A stretch of DNA of 64,000 bases from Cirrosporium novae-zelandiae (Eukaryota). A program made the translations under genes and the position numbers. Under the pieces are notes generated by a model. The model was not told the DNA's origin and made no database searches. It was given only the letters and a program-made list of their open reading frames with translations. Of the stretch, positions 63,449 through 64,000 are shown in pieces (position 1 is the first letter of the stretch; the number at the start of each line of letters is the position of its first letter). The stretch lies in contig JAPETS010000042.1 of the NCBI GenBank assembly GCA_026023565.1, forward strand, positions 1-64,000, given 5' to 3'.

Positions 63449-64000
63449 TTTTTTTTCCCTTTATAAAGTGCTTTCTTGTCCGAGAGTAGACATAGGCAGC
63501 GACCGTTATTATGTATCATTTGCCCTCCACAATATGGGAATTATATTCTCCTTTGCTTTTGCTTTATGCTATTCTCGACCTGCTCCTTTCTTAATAAGGA
63601 ACTTTGCCACTTCCCAAGCGGTCTGATTTAAGCTGCCTTGGCAAAAGTGATCCACTCCATTGAAACTATTGTCAGTTTTGTAACCACTTTTCGATCGAAG
63701 CTTCTGATAACCTGGCTAGCTTAGATTGGCCGGACCTGGGCTTGGCAGGCAGGATGTATTGCTCTTCGCTCACACTGTAGCTAGAATTTCGCTCTTTATG
63801 CAAGCAGTCTGGTTTTCTCGGCGGAATTCTCAGATTGTATAGTCAACTGAAAACAACAGAGCTGGAAGGCCTACTACTTGATAGTGCCGTACTTATTGTT
63901 CTTCGACTGACTCGGTTGGCAAAGCATAATTTGCTTACCGTCGCGGCTCTTTGAGGTTCTTATTTTCCTTATATGTATTGATTGATGTTTGTGTTTTTTG

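Noticed and set aside
63570..63715. Minus-strand peptide ending AWEVAKFLIKKGA, ankyrin-like
   Set aside because: A single partial motif near the window edge with no supporting open frame.

Overview
Eukaryotic, intron-containing genomic DNA from a filamentous ascomycete (Pezizomycotina-type GT..AG introns with CTAAC/CTGAC branch sites). About 20 genes can be supported. Housekeeping genes: bL36m, ILV1, RCF1, a 5-exon LYRM2 missed by the ORF track, NAT4/NAA40, PIG-U/GAB1, NOP7/pescadillo, an Rrn9-domain protein, UGA2, a GH36 Sip1-like enzyme, MSY1, MSH6, MAP1 and BNA4. Accessory genes: a GNAT, two SAM methyltransferases, a secreted Cys-rich protein, a linalool dehydratase/isomerase-like protein and a BTB-like protein. 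Two decayed accessory loci are the most interesting. (1) At 1.2-2.3 kb, a HET-S-like HeLo fragment reads, past a single TAG, into a two-repeat amyloid-like motif (HQGD twice, 35 aa apart). It lies tail-to-tail with the WD40 end of a probable NACHT-WD (NWD-type) NLR and next to an inverted-repeat-bounded, RIP-like mutated element. (2) At 20.9-26.5 kb, a head-to-head pair: a HeLo-like/pseudokinase-like gene, and a disrupted C2H2-SH3-Cys-rich gene with a downstream partial duplicate. All family assignments are from recalled motifs; no database searches were run.
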